The notes under the pieces: generated by a model | What the model was told of the DNA's origin: nothing | What the model saw: the letters and a program-made list of their open reading frames with translations, nothing else | The model's database searches: none | Part shown: in pieces, positions 26,277 through 38,031 of the stretch | How the letters are laid out: each line of letters starts with the position of its first letter | How positions within the stretch are numbered: the first letter of the stretch is position 1 | NCBI GenBank assembly: GCA_964016885.1 | Contig: OZ024743.1 | Location: 262,012,001 to 262,076,000 of the forward strand | Length of the DNA: 64,000 bases | Direction of reading: 5' to 3' | DNA from: Eledone cirrhosa | Taxonomy: Eukaryota | Program-made: the position numbers and the translations under genes

Positions 26277-27419
26277 TATTGACAATACCTCTTCTCTCAA
26301 CACTTAACTAATCAAAAGTTATCTTTTCTTCTCATGCTCACTGAAGTATATATTTAGACGAATTGCCCAAGTTATCTCCCCTTTACTTATGTGCCTAATT
26401 AAAAACTCCTCCACCTGTTTTCCCAGAGAATTTCATTAAAATATGAAAATTGAATTACAAGCTTTTGCTGTATTTTTTTTTTACTACAAAAAATAATCCA
26501 AACGCAAGGTATATAAGTTCTTTAAACGGAAAAAATGGACATCGGCACACTGGGCATAACAGGGATCAGATGCAGTGTGCAGGATAGGAGATAATGTTGG
26601 TATGAGCATGTGATGCTAGACAAGTACACTACCATTTACACTAGCGAAGGCAAATTTAATTCCCAAATTCCGTTTACCGTCCTCTAGACAGACATTCTTC
26701 GTTAAAATATAGTTTTTATAGTTGCCATTTTTATTTTCATTTTTTGCTCACCCACTTTTTTGTGTTCCCCCCACTTTTTTGCCACTAAAATGCAAGTGAC
26801 TACTGAAAAGAGAGGAAAGAACAGAGAGAACATAATTCAAAGAGAGAGATGACGATTGATATTATTTTTGTTTTTTTGAAAATTGTAGTGGTCAAGTAAA
26901 CAAGAAACTGGAAGAGAATTCTATAGGCAAGTTGTGTGAGGGAAGAAACTATCAGAATTGTATTTGCAATTCCTCATCATCATCACCATCATGAATTAAC
27001 GTCTATTTTCCATGCTTGCATGAAGTAGACGAGTTGTCACGTTATGAGATAAGTCAGGTCCAGAGACCATATCATGCTCATACGGATTTGTATTTTGGTT
27101 TGGTTTTTATAGCTGGATGCCCTTCCTAACGCCAACCATGTTATAGTGTGAACTGGGTGCTTTTTATTATGCCTCCGAAACAACCACCTTACAGGGTGAA
27201 CTGGGTGCTTTTGTTAGGAATTTCAATTGTAAATGGATGAGACCCAGCTGCCAATCTGGTACTCTGTTTAAACTTGTGGATATGAGGCAACAAGGTGGAA
27301 AGCTCATCAGAACAATTCCATGAGAATATTTATTAAAAAGGCAAATAGAGAAAACATTTCAACTGTGTGATATTGATTGAAGCTGACATGATAAGTCAGG
27401 ACCAATAATGTTGATGATT

Positions 27420-27525
27420 CTTCTTTGGATCTTATCTAGACTTTCAAGGTGCACAACAGAAGCACCAGATCAGATGTGGCAACAGTACTCAATACCAGGA
27501 TGAATGGTAGATTTATAAAGATATA
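27420..27525 (-). pseudogene. CR1/L2-like RT fragment
   Basis: IYLYKSTIHPGIEYCCHI*SGA motif. Confidence 0.6.
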
Positions 27526-27529
27526 TGTT

Positions 27530-27905
27530 AGTGAAACATGGCCAGGACTGCAGAAGACATGCATAGACTGGTGAGAAATGAAGCAACGATGTTTTGTTGG
27601 ATGTGCAATGTAAATGTGAGAGAAAGGCAGAGCTCGGATGAGCTGAGAGAGAAGCTGGGCTTAAGGGGAATCTGCAATGGTGTGTAGGAGAGAAGACTGT
27701 ATTGGTATGGACATGTGATGTGCATGGACAATGACTGATGGGTGAAGAAATGCCAGGGAATCCCAATAGAGGACACCCAAGAAAGACCTCGGCAGAGGTT
27801 GTGTGACACTGGCAGAGATGATGAAGAAATTCAACAAGTGGACAGATGCTGTGCTGAGAAGGACCCATGTAACCATGGAAAAGTGGACATAAAAATGATG
27901 ATGAT
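27530..27905 (+). mobile_element. Degenerate 3' fragment of RTE family 1
   Basis: Homologous to 33325-33750; ends GGAAAAGTGGACATAAAAATGATGATGATG. Confidence 0.8.
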
Positions 27906-28399
27906 GAGATATTTTCAGGTGTGAAAAATATTTTTGTATGTTAGAACGAACCAACTTTCTGGGCAGAAGACTTGACAATCAACACTATGTAATCATTCCA
28001 GCTCCAATTAGTGGAAAATATCCAAACAAGAAAGCATATAAAGTTGCTGTCTTGGAGGATATGATCAGCCAGTGACGGACTGGCCTGGTTGCCAGGTTGC
28101 CCAATGGCAAGTGGGCCCCAGAGGGCCCACAGCAGCATCACAGGGGCCCACAGTAACATTGCAGAGCCCACTGTAGTATTTTAGGGGCCAATGCTTTGCT
28201 TTCAAAAAATACCTGAAATCTCAAAGAAAGAATAAAATAAGAAAAAAAAAACAATTAATAAAGCATTTGGTCAACCAATTCCAGAGAATTACTAGAAACC
28301 AAAATATATGATAGCGCAAATAGCTGGAATAAGTGGTTGTACATTCTACTAAATCTAAAGCTTAGTGTATTCATTCATGCATGCAAACATATATATGTA

Positions 28400-28430
<31 letters not shown>

Positions 28431-28434
<4 letters not shown>

Positions 28435-29097
28435 GAACAGCAATGTTGCATGGCAGTGAGACCTGGGCATTGTGTGCAGAGGATATACGCAGACTGGAGA
28501 GAAACGAAGCTTGCATGCTCCGCTGGATGTGTAATAGTAATATACGTGAACGGCAAAGCATAAACGAACTAAGGGAGAAATTAGGAATAAGAGGGATCAG
28601 ATGTTGTTTACTCGAGAGAAGACTACGTTGGTACGGTCACGTGATGCGCCTGAAAGACGACAGCTGTATAAAAAAGTGCAGGGCGATAAAAATAGATGGT
28701 AGCCACGGAGTAGGCAGACCCAGAAAAACCTGGGACGACTTGATAAATTCCGACCTCACACACTTACACCTCTCCAAGACAATGTCACTGGACCGAGATC
28801 TTTGGCACTACACAGTCATAGAAGACCCGCCTTGCCTAAGTACAAAGCGAAACCTACAGTCAGTAGGCACCTCTAACAAAATACCCCCCCCAGGTCCCAC
28901 TACCCCCACCCCATCCACACCACCCCCTTAAAAGTGAAGTTATGTTGGTACCACAACATCCAGTCCGAAACAAATGAGGTCGTGTAGGTGTCACAACAAA
29001 AAACACACAGTCCACACTGTAATGTGGCCGTGTACGTAACATGGTAAAAACCTCCCAGTCCACACTGTAAGCGTGGAAGATGGACGTTAAACGATGA

Positions 29098-29101
<4 letters not shown>
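28431..29101 (+). mobile_element. 5'-truncated copy of RTE family 2 inside (AT)n
   Basis: Near-identical to 55598 onward (IRTAMLHGSETWALCAEDIRR); internal 3'-UTR deletion; (GAT)n tail; (AT)n on both sides. Confidence 0.92.
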
Positions 29102-29148
<47 letters not shown>

Positions 29149-29280
29149 AATATATATATAAAATTTAAAATTTATGAGACCAATAGAGATATGTACATTT
29201 ATATATTTATATCTAGATATTGCTATTATCATTTACAGTCCCTCTGTGTTTAATGTATGTTCATTAGTATATGTGTTGTT

Positions 29281-29571
29281 ATTTCTGCTTGCATTTTGCA
29301 TATATCTATATATATGCTTGCGTGGACCCCTCTCAAAAATTCGTTGGATTTTCTAATTGGATACCCTAACACTGGATACCAACACTGAATACACCTGAAC
29401 TTCTACCAGGAAATCTTTCGTTGTCATTTCTGCTTGCATTTTACATATATAGATATATATATCAATGGTTGCGTGGACCCCTCTTAAAGATTCGTTGGAT
29501 TTTCTAATTGGATACCCCGAAACTGGATACCAATTACTGAATACACCTGAACTTCTACCAGGAAATCTTTC
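29281..29571. repeat. ~145-bp tandem duplication
   Basis: ATTTCTGCTTGCATTTT...GCGTGGACCCCTCT...CTTCTACCAGGAAATCTTTC occurs twice. Confidence 0.85.
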
Positions 29572-30479
29572 ATATCAGTGAAAATTTTCTTTTCTTTGCT
29601 TCATATATATATATTATATATACTTGTCCGCCATTGCAAAAGGCCATCAATTCAAAATTTTGAAGAGAGAGGAAAAGAGAGAAGTGATCTATGAACTTGT
29701 AACATCTCACTGACCCCCCCCCCCCTCCGTCACCACACTAACAATAACGCCTACACTCGCTCTCCACCATCACCACATTACTCTAAGGTCGCTGTCCTGT
29801 CCCCTGTTGACATACTGCTGACTCTCTTTTGATGTATGTATGTGTATATACATATGTGTATGTGTGTGTATATGTATATCTCAGTGGATGCGACCAGATT
29901 TCAACACAGCAACAACTACAACAACAACAGCAGCAACACCACCAACAACAACAACAACAGCAACAACACCATCGTCTGTGTTGAATGTGTGTGTATGTAT
30001 TTGTATATATGCGACAGCAATAACAGCATCAACACCATTGTCTGCAGCAACAGCAGCAGTGAAATGGACAACAACAACAGTAACAACTACAATAACAACT
30101 ACAGCACCAACAACTGCCACCACCATCACTGACCATCCACCACCACCACGCTGATACCATCCACCACCACCACACTGACACCATCCACCACCGCCATTAC
30201 CAGCGTAAACAAACAATTATTGGGAAAAGTCAACAGTTGACATGATAGTGATTTTGACGATTTTGATTTTGATTTTGATTTTGACTTTGATTTTGATTTT
30301 GTATCAGTACTGTCGGTAATATATGTATATATATATATGTTTGTGAGTGGTGTGCGTGATTGTATGCATGAATGAGTGTTGGTATGTGTGGTTGTGGTTT
30401 GTATGCATGAGTATTAGTGTGTGAGTCGTGTCAATAAGTTTCCCCTTTTTTTTTTTTTTTTTTTTTTTTTTAATGACCA

Positions 30480-33400
30480 TGCTGTAAAATGGAGGGGTAG
30501 AGAGGGCCCTTGAGTCTAGTAAGACATCCTCTCTAGTGCTGGTGGCACAAATAAAAGCACCCAGTCCATGCTGTAAAGTGGCGCTGGTGTTAGGAAGGGC
30601 ATCCAACCAGTGTATCAATGCCAAAAAGCTTATCAGCACAGCAACAAAACAGCATAGAAAAATATGAAGACGTCGCATCTCAGAGTTGCAACACTTAATG
30701 TTGGCACTCTCAGAGGTAGGTCTGCTGAAATAGCGGAGATGCTGGAGAGAAGGCAGGTGGATGTGTGCTGCGTGCAAGAGGTGAGATGGAGGGGTGCCTC
30801 TGCGAGACTAGTCGTAGGCAAGCGTCTTAGCTATAAGCTATTCTGGGTAGGTAAGGATGATGGGTTAGGGGGAGTAGGCATTTTCCTGGCTGAGAAATGG
30901 ATCAATAAGACAATAGAGGTAGTTCGAGTTAGTAATCGAATAATTAAGCTTAGATTAGTTGTAGGTAGGAGACTACTGACAATCATCTCGGTCTATGCTC
31001 CCCAAGCAGGCCTAGGCAAAGATGAGAAAGACTGCTTTTATGAGCAACTTTTGCAAACAACCACAATGACAGAGGACGGAGACATCGTTATGCTAGCAGG
31101 AGACTTCAATGGTCATGTTGGACAGCTCCAGGATGGTTACACTGGGGTACATGGTGGGCACGGTTACGGTTCAAGAAATGAAGAAGGAGTGAGACTTCTT
31201 GAATTTTGTGATGCAAGTACATTGACTATTTGCAACACAAACTTCCAGAAACCTGCCAATCACCTAATAACCTACAAATCTGGTGAGCACATAAGCCAGA
31301 TTGACTTCCTGCTAGTTAGGCAGCGGGACAGGCAGATAGTGTCTAATACCAAGGCATACCCTGGGGAAGAATGTACCCCACAGCATAGGTTAGTTGTTAG
31401 TGATATCTCAGTAAGCAAGAGATGGAATGAGACATATAGGAAGGTGTGGAGAAGAAAGGTCTGGAAGCTAAAAGACCTTTCACTAAAATTCAAATTTAGG
31501 AAAGCCCTTCAAGATGTATATGACGAAAAAGAAGACGATTTAGAGACGTATGACATAGATAATAACTGGAAGTTCTTACGTGACAACTTGCTGAAGGCTA
31601 CTGATGAAACCTGTGGCTGGAGCAGAGCTCCAACCAGACAGAGAGTGACCTGGTGGTGGAACAGCAGTGTAGATAAGGCTATTAGAGACAAAAGACTAGC
31701 ATGGAAGGCTTGGAATAAGGGTGGGAGTAGGGAAGAATATACAGCCACTAAGAGAGAAGCTAGACGTCAGGTGTACTTAGCACGCAGGGAGGCAGAGAGT
31801 AGGAGGTTTGCCAATGTTCTGCGACGGGAAGATCAGAGGCGTGCGGTGTTCCACATTGCAAGGCAGTGTGTCAATGCAAATCAGGATGTTGTTGGTGATA
31901 AATGTGTCCGGGATGATGCCGGTGTACTTAGTGTCACGAATGACCAGAAAAAGGAGGCCTGGAAATGTCATTATGAGAGACTGATGAATGTGGAGAACGA
32001 ATGGGAGAGAGAGAAATTACCCTTGGTAGATCCGACAGAGGGACCAGCTATTGAGATTGACGAATATAGGGTCCAAGAGGCGATTAGGGAAATGAAAAAT
32101 GGTAAGGCGGCCGGACCATCGGGAATAGTTGCTGAGATGCTGAAGGCATCAGGGGACGTAGGCACTAAACTGGTTGCACGCATAATCAATCAGGCTATAT
32201 ATGGTGGTGTCATACCCAAAGACTGGTGCAGCAGTATTCTCATAAATTGCTACAAAGGTAAAGGGGATGCTTTGGAGAGGAGCAATTATAGGGGTATAAA
32301 ACTGATAGATCAGGTTATGAAAGTGGCAGAAAGGATTCTAGCACAACTAATTAGAGAAAGGGTCAAACTAGATGAGATGCAGTTTGGTTTTGTGCCTGGG
32401 AAGAGTACAACAGATGCCCTCTTCTTGGTGAGACAAATGCAAGAGAGGTTCTTAGAGAAGAATAAGCCACTATACTTAGCCTTTGTTGACCTAGAGAAGG
32501 CCTTTGATAGGGTACCCCGATCTGTCATCTGGTGGTCCCTAAGGAAGCTGGGTGTTGAGGAATGGCTTGTAAGGACAGTGCAAACTTTGTACAGAGGTAC
32601 TCTCAGTAAAGTCAGGGTAGGAATGGAGTTTAGTGAGGAATTCCAGATACAAGTAGGAGTACATCAGGGTTCGGTCCTCAGCCCGCTCTTGTTCATTATA
32701 GTCCTCCAAGCCATAACAGAGGAGTTTAAGACTGGCTGTCCATGGGAACTTCTCTATGCTGACGATCTGGCTCTTATGGCAGAATCAGTAGAGGAGCTAG
32801 AGAATAAATTCCGGCTATGGAAACAGCAGTTGGAAGCAAGAGGACTGAGAGTAAATCTAGCTAAGACAAAAGTGTTGATGAGTAGAAAAGAGGACAAAAC
32901 CCTGATTCCGTCAGGGAAATGGCCATGTTCGATATGCAGAAAAGGAACTGGCATAAATTCTATAAAATGCACACAATGTAGGTCCTGGGTACACAAGAGA
33001 TGTAGCGGGATAGCAGGCAAACTAACAGGTAGGGAGAAATATGTATGCAGTAGATGTACAGGGAAATTAGACAGTAGAAGTCGCACTGATAGACACATTT
33101 TTCAAATGCGAGAGGGCGCTATAGAAGTGGTGGATAGCTTCCGGTACCTAGGAGATCAGATTAGCATGGGAGGAGGGTGTTCCGAGGCCATAGTATCTAG
33201 AATAAGGACGGGTTGGAAGAAGTTTAGGGAGCTGCTTCCTCTGTTGACGAAGAAGGGTTTCTCCCTGCGTACGAAAGGCCGGTTGTATGATGCCTGTGTG
33301 AGGAGCGCGATGCTGCATGGTAGTGAGACATGGGCAGCTACCGCAGAAGATATGCGACGGCTGGAGAGAAATGAGGCAAGCATGCTCCGTTGGATGTGCA

Positions 33401-33755
33401 GTGTAAATGTGCGTGAACGACCCAGCATAAATGTGTTGAGAGAGAAACTGTGTCTGAGAGGGATAGAATGTAGTGTACGGGAGAGGAGACTGAGGTGGTA
33501 TGGACATGTGATGCGCATGGAGGATGACCGATGGGTGAAGAAGTGCCAGGAAATGCCAGTTGAAGGAAGACGTGGTAGAGGTAGACCACGAAAAACATGG
33601 GCGGAGGTGGTGAGAACAGACCTCAGATCATTGAAGCTCACGGTGGAGATGACGAGGGACCGTGACGAGTGGAGAGATGCTGTGCTGAATAAGACCCGTC
33701 CCACCCTTGCAAGCAGGGAAAAGCGGACGTAAAATGATGATGATGATGATGATAT
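30480..33755 (+). mobile_element. Apparently full-length RTE-clade LINE (family 1)
   Basis: Short 5' UTR, single intact EN-RT ORF, very short 3' UTR, (GAT)n tail running into (AT)n. The 5' boundary is approximate. Confidence 0.93.
30664..33732 (+). CDS. RTE LINE polyprotein: APE endonuclease + reverse transcriptase with internal PHD-like finger, 1022 aa
   Basis: EN motifs ATLNVGTL, VQEVRW, SVYAPQ, GDFNGHVG, IDFLL, QHRLV. RT motifs NYRGIKL, QFGF, FVDLEKAFD, GVHQGSVLSP, YADD, FRYLG. C-terminal RLRWYGHV...GRPRKTW. Confidence 0.97.
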   Translation: MKTSHLRVATLNVGTLRGRSAEIAEMLERRQVDVCCVQEVRWRGASARLVVGKRLSYKLFWVGKDDGLGGVGIFLAEKWINKTIEVVRVSNRIIKLRLVVGRRLLTIISVYAPQAGLGKDEKDCFYEQLLQTTTMTEDGDIVMLAGDFNGHVGQLQDGYTGVHGGHGYGSRNEEGVRLLEFCDASTLTICNTNFQKPANHLITYKSGEHISQIDFLLVRQRDRQIVSNTKAYPGEECTPQHRLVVSDISVSKRWNETYRKVWRRKVWKLKDLSLKFKFRKALQDVYDEKEDDLETYDIDNNWKFLRDNLLKATDETCGWSRAPTRQRVTWWWNSSVDKAIRDKRLAWKAWNKGGSREEYTATKREARRQVYLARREAESRRFANVLRREDQRRAVFHIARQCVNANQDVVGDKCVRDDAGVLSVTNDQKKEAWKCHYERLMNVENEWEREKLPLVDPTEGPAIEIDEYRVQEAIREMKNGKAAGPSGIVAEMLKASGDVGTKLVARIINQAIYGGVIPKDWCSSILINCYKGKGDALERSNYRGIKLIDQVMKVAERILAQLIRERVKLDEMQFGFVPGKSTTDALFLVRQMQERFLEKNKPLYLAFVDLEKAFDRVPRSVIWWSLRKLGVEEWLVRTVQTLYRGTLSKVRVGMEFSEEFQIQVGVHQGSVLSPLLFIIVLQAITEEFKTGCPWELLYADDLALMAESVEELENKFRLWKQQLEARGLRVNLAKTKVLMSRKEDKTLIPSGKWPCSICRKGTGINSIKCTQCRSWVHKRCSGIAGKLTGREKYVCSRCTGKLDSRSRTDRHIFQMREGAIEVVDSFRYLGDQISMGGGCSEAIVSRIRTGWKKFRELLPLLTKKGFSLRTKGRLYDACVRSAMLHGSETWAATAEDMRRLERNEASMLRWMCSVNVRERPSINVLREKLCLRGIECSVRERRLRWYGHVMRMEDDRWVKKCQEMPVEGRRGRGRPRKTWAEVVRTDLRSLKLTVEMTRDRDEWRDAVLNKTRPTLASREKRT

Positions 33756-33809
33756 ATATATATATATATATATATATTATTCAAAATATTCTCATAATCA
33801 AAATATATA

Positions 33810-33870
33810 CTTTATTATATATATTTCAGAGGTAGTGTTGTTTTTTTCAGTACGTCTTCATCAGACAAAA
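33810..33870 (-). ncRNA. Minimal type-I hammerhead ribozyme motif
   Basis: Minus strand: ttttgt-CTGATGA-AGAcGTA...TACcTCT-GAAA-TATATA-TA-ataaag. Confidence 0.65.
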
Positions 33871-35441
33871 TATATGATTTGATATACGACATACCGCTAT
33901 GGTCTTGATTGTTCAATTCCAGTATTGGCAGTGATTTATTTCATCAAATCTCAATGTTTATATACCACAAATAATATGATAAACTTAAAGAGGAAAAGGA
34001 TGTAGAGCAAATTAGAGATATGAGAGAGGGTGTAAATAGAAAGAAAGGCAAGAAAAAATAATAAATAAATACATACATAAATAGATAAATGAATAAAAAA
34101 TAAATGGATGAATGAGTAAAAGAAATATATAAAAAAGAAAAGAGGAATAACGACAAAGGAGGGAAGGTGTGGGGAAAGTAAAGGGAACAGAGGGGGGTAA
34201 AGAAAATAAAGAAAAATTAGAGAAAAAAACTGTTGTTTTCAAATGCTAGATCAAATAGAACATCCAATCAATTCACATAATCAATTGAATATCTTTTGTA
34301 TTTGATTATGCTTTAGCTAATTATACTTATATATTATACCAAAATTAATCAGTATAGATTACTTTCAATAGCAATCACATATATAATTTAATTAAAAATT
34401 TATATAATTTAATTTAATTCATTATAGATTATTATTTTTAATTTTAAGGTAAGATATTCTATAAATATTTTGTTACAACTTTAAAGGAATTAATCTTTAA
34501 AGTGTATTTAAATAATTATTAAATATGCATTAAAATCTAATACCATCAATACATATAATATATTTAGATCATTTATTACCCAAATTATTTAATTTAATTA
34601 TGATATTCTCTTTATAAAATCTTACTATTCTTTAATTTTCATTTAACTCCTAGGATTAAACTGCAGTTGCATTTACTCTCAGAAGTTACATTAATTAATG
34701 ATAGGTTATATTTACTTCTGTATTTACTTATTTTGATATATAGTTTCCTTTTAATGATAGTCTATATATTATTAATCTACATATTTCATATCTAATATAA
34801 TTTAGCAAGCTAGTCAAAAAAAAAAAGAAATTTTTACGGACAATGTAAACAAAAGGAAGATAACTCATTCACCATACAAACATTAATACATATCTCTACT
34901 CTCACGTTCCGCGATATTTCGAAAACCGTAAATCATCTATTGTATATATCATAAATGATGTCTAGTTACATATGCCCTAATCAAAACATAAGATAACGAG
35001 ACTCTTAATGAGATTATTCAAAACATATAAATATCAATAAATTATTACTACAATAAGGCAAAAACTTATATATATATTAAATTATTAATTGTCAATATTT
35101 TTGCGAAACTTGTATATTGCCTGGAAAGTTTTACCAATTTTATCGCGACAACTACTAAATAATTCATTTTTTTTGTTGTTGATTAAATTGTCATAATTTG
35201 TAATTATCTGTAGAGTCTCAAGGTTACAGAGATTGCAATTTTGCGAAATAGTTGAGTTCTGATAGGGGGTAGCATTCTTTAATTTGGTCCAAGAGATGGA
35301 GTATTGTATTTCTTATTGTGTGCGCACACGTATGTACGTGGGTTATCTACCTTTGAGATTCATTTATCTAATTTATTGTAGTGTTTTTTTTTGTATGTGT
35401 ATGTATGTGTGTATATATATGTGTGTGTGTATGTGTGTGTA

Positions 35442-35517
<76 letters not shown>

Positions 35518-35809
35518 ATATATATATATGTATGCACATGTATATGTACGTATATTTATTTTATATATATATATACACATATATACATGTGTGTGTTTGC
35601 ATGTGTGTATAGGTATATATGCATGTATATTTGTATATGTGTATGTATGTGTATATATACATATATGTATATTCATATCTTGTGTATTTGTTTATATTTA
35701 AGTTGTTTTTATTTATTCACCCCTCCCCCCCACACTCTCAGACCTATCGTTGTCAACACGTCCCCTTTTTTAAAAACTTTATTTTGTTTTGGATTTTGAT
35801 CTTTACTTT

Positions 35810-35861
<52 letters not shown>

Positions 35862-35944
35862 AAATTTTATTTAAATTGTTGGGTTACAACGAGTAAATAT
35901 TTATAACTGATATAAAAGCACTCAACAAGTATTTGGAGTATATT

Positions 35945-36281
35945 TACGATATTAAATAAATGGAAACTATATTTATAAAACCATATTTATTTTACTATAT
36001 ATATTTCAGGGATATCATATTAAAAATATGGTATGCCTTCATCAGACAAAATACAATATAAACAGTCTTATAAATAGATAGATTTGACATACCTTACTAA
36101 ATCAACTTTTTAAATGGAAGTTGAAGTTGTAAGGTATGTCAAATCTATCTATTTATAAGACTGTTTATATTGTATTTTGTTTGATGAAGGCATACCATAT
36201 TTTTAATATGATATCCCTGAAATATATATAGTGAAATAAATATGGTTTTATAAATATAGTTTCCATTTATTTAATATCGTA
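35945..36281. repeat. Near-perfect palindrome (~150-bp arms, ~30-bp loop) next to (TA)n
   Basis: 35945-36097 is the reverse complement of 36129-36281. Confidence 0.95.
35988..36053 (-). ncRNA. Hammerhead ribozyme motif; mirror copy with a C3U core change at 36173-36238 (+)
   Basis: tattttgt-CTGATGA-AGGcATAcCATATT(ttt)AATATGaTATcCCT-GAAA-TATATA-TA-gtaaaata. Confidence 0.75.
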
Positions 36282-36689
36282 TATATATATATATATATAT
36301 ATTTCCAATTGAAGGATGAGTATTTAAACTTTATTTTATTCAGAGTTAAGGCTCTATTGATTTTTCCCTGGATTTCACAAAATTCTATGGATAAATCTAT
36401 GTCTTGATTTTTTTAAATTGAGTTTGAATTATTTTCCCACATCTCACGTTAATTATTTTCCATTTTGACGTTATAGTCACTTATATATTATGAAATACTG
36501 TTGGCTTCACGCTCACAATAATTTCTATACTTTCATTTATATATATACATATATATATATAATAATTGTTTCTATTTTTAGGCACAAGGCCAGCAATTAC
36601 TCAGTACATTATTGGTACTTTATTTTATCGACCTCGTAAGGATGAAAGGCAAAGTTAACCTCGGCGGGATTTGAACTCAGATCAATATA

Positions 36690-36937
36690 TATAATAATAA
36701 TGAAATATTGTGTACAGTGCTCAGGTGCACTACAACTCATCAAAAAGTGTATGTACAGTACATAGGGTAATGTACAAACGTCAGGAAAATGAACAGTGCA
36801 TGAGTCATGATATACACGTGTGTATGGAAGGGGTACATCAGGTGTAGTTTTGGCGAATTTCGGGAGGCGTGGTGGTTTTAAAGGTTGCAGTGTCTCGGCA
36901 GCTAACAACTGACACAGGCAGTTTGTTCCATGCTTCA
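36690..36937 (-). mobile_element. Short 3' fragment of the CR1-like family
   Basis: Reverse complement of ~11054-11298. Confidence 0.85.
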
Positions 36938-37316
36938 TATACATATATTTTTTGTATTTTTTGTTCTTATTTATTTATTTAGTTATTCCTGCTTCCTAAC
37001 TACTGCCCGTATCTGTGTGTACATTTTTGAGCGCATATATATCTGTGTATATGTATGTGTATGTATTTATGTTCCTGTCCGTATTTCTGTGTAGACGCAA
37101 AAACGCTTATGTGAGAAAGTATACGTCTACGTACTTTTTAGTATATGCGCGGAGTTGAGTGTGTGTATGTTTATGTTCTAGATATTTATTTTTTTATATC
37201 TATATTATTTATTTTTTTCCCCTATTTCCTTTTCGCCCGTTTTTTTCAGCCTCACTTTCATATTTCCTAAATATTGTTTTCAAATCCATATTTAATAAAA
37301 ACACCATGTTTTTTTA

Positions 37317-37377
37317 TTCATTCTGACGACTGAAGACAGACACAACATCTGTCTTCAAGAAACCACTGGTAAATGAA
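37317..37377 (+). ncRNA. Hammerhead ribozyme motif
   Basis: ttcatt-CTGACGA-cTGAAGACAGA(cacaaca)TCTGTCTTCAa-GAAA-CCAcTGG-TA-aatgaa; GUA cleavage triplet. Confidence 0.78.
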
Positions 37378-37472
37378 ATAATTATCTTATGTTATTTAAT
37401 TACATAACTAATAAGCTCTGTAACCTACAAAGAGCACTCTCTTTTCCTGTACCTTTCTGGCGGAAATACTTC

Positions 37473-37543
<71 letters not shown>

Positions 37544-37634
37544 CTTACACACAAACTACTGACCAAATAATATTTGGTATCAATGGGTTAAAGACATCTG
37601 TCAAATAAATTAGTGGTGAAGGTGGTGTATATAT

Positions 37635-37702
<68 letters not shown>

Positions 37703-37706
<4 letters not shown>

Positions 37707-37966
37707 TTGTCATTTCATTTTACGTCCACATTTTCCCTGCTTGCAAGGGTGGGACGGGAACTGATTCTGGCTTGATTTCTACAGCTGGATGCCCTTCCTA
37801 ACACCAACCTCATTTTACAGTGAGTGCTGGGTGCTTTTTTGCCGTGGCACCTCCACGACCACTTATCATCTCATTTCTACAGCTGAGTAAACTGAAGCAA
37901 TGTGAAAAAAAGTGTCTTGCTCAAGGAAACAACACATCACCCGGTCTGAGAATTGAACTCACAACC

Positions 37967-37970
<4 letters not shown>
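37703..37970 (-). mobile_element. SINE of the same family as 4283-4580, between (TA)n tracts
   Basis: Reverse-complement match including the RTE-family-1 tail. Confidence 0.8.

Positions 37971-38022
<52 letters not shown>

Positions 38023-38031
<9 letters not shown>

Noticed and set aside
26277-26303. Upstream GTG start for NUDCD2
   Set aside because: Homology begins at the ATG at 26276, and a GTG start is unlikely in an animal gene.
29836-30216. Asn/Thr-rich ORFs
   Set aside because: They are translations of (CAA)/(CAC) simple repeats with no exon evidence.
35284-35906. YIYI/CVCV-rich ORFs here and throughout the window
   Set aside because: Dinucleotide microsatellite translations.
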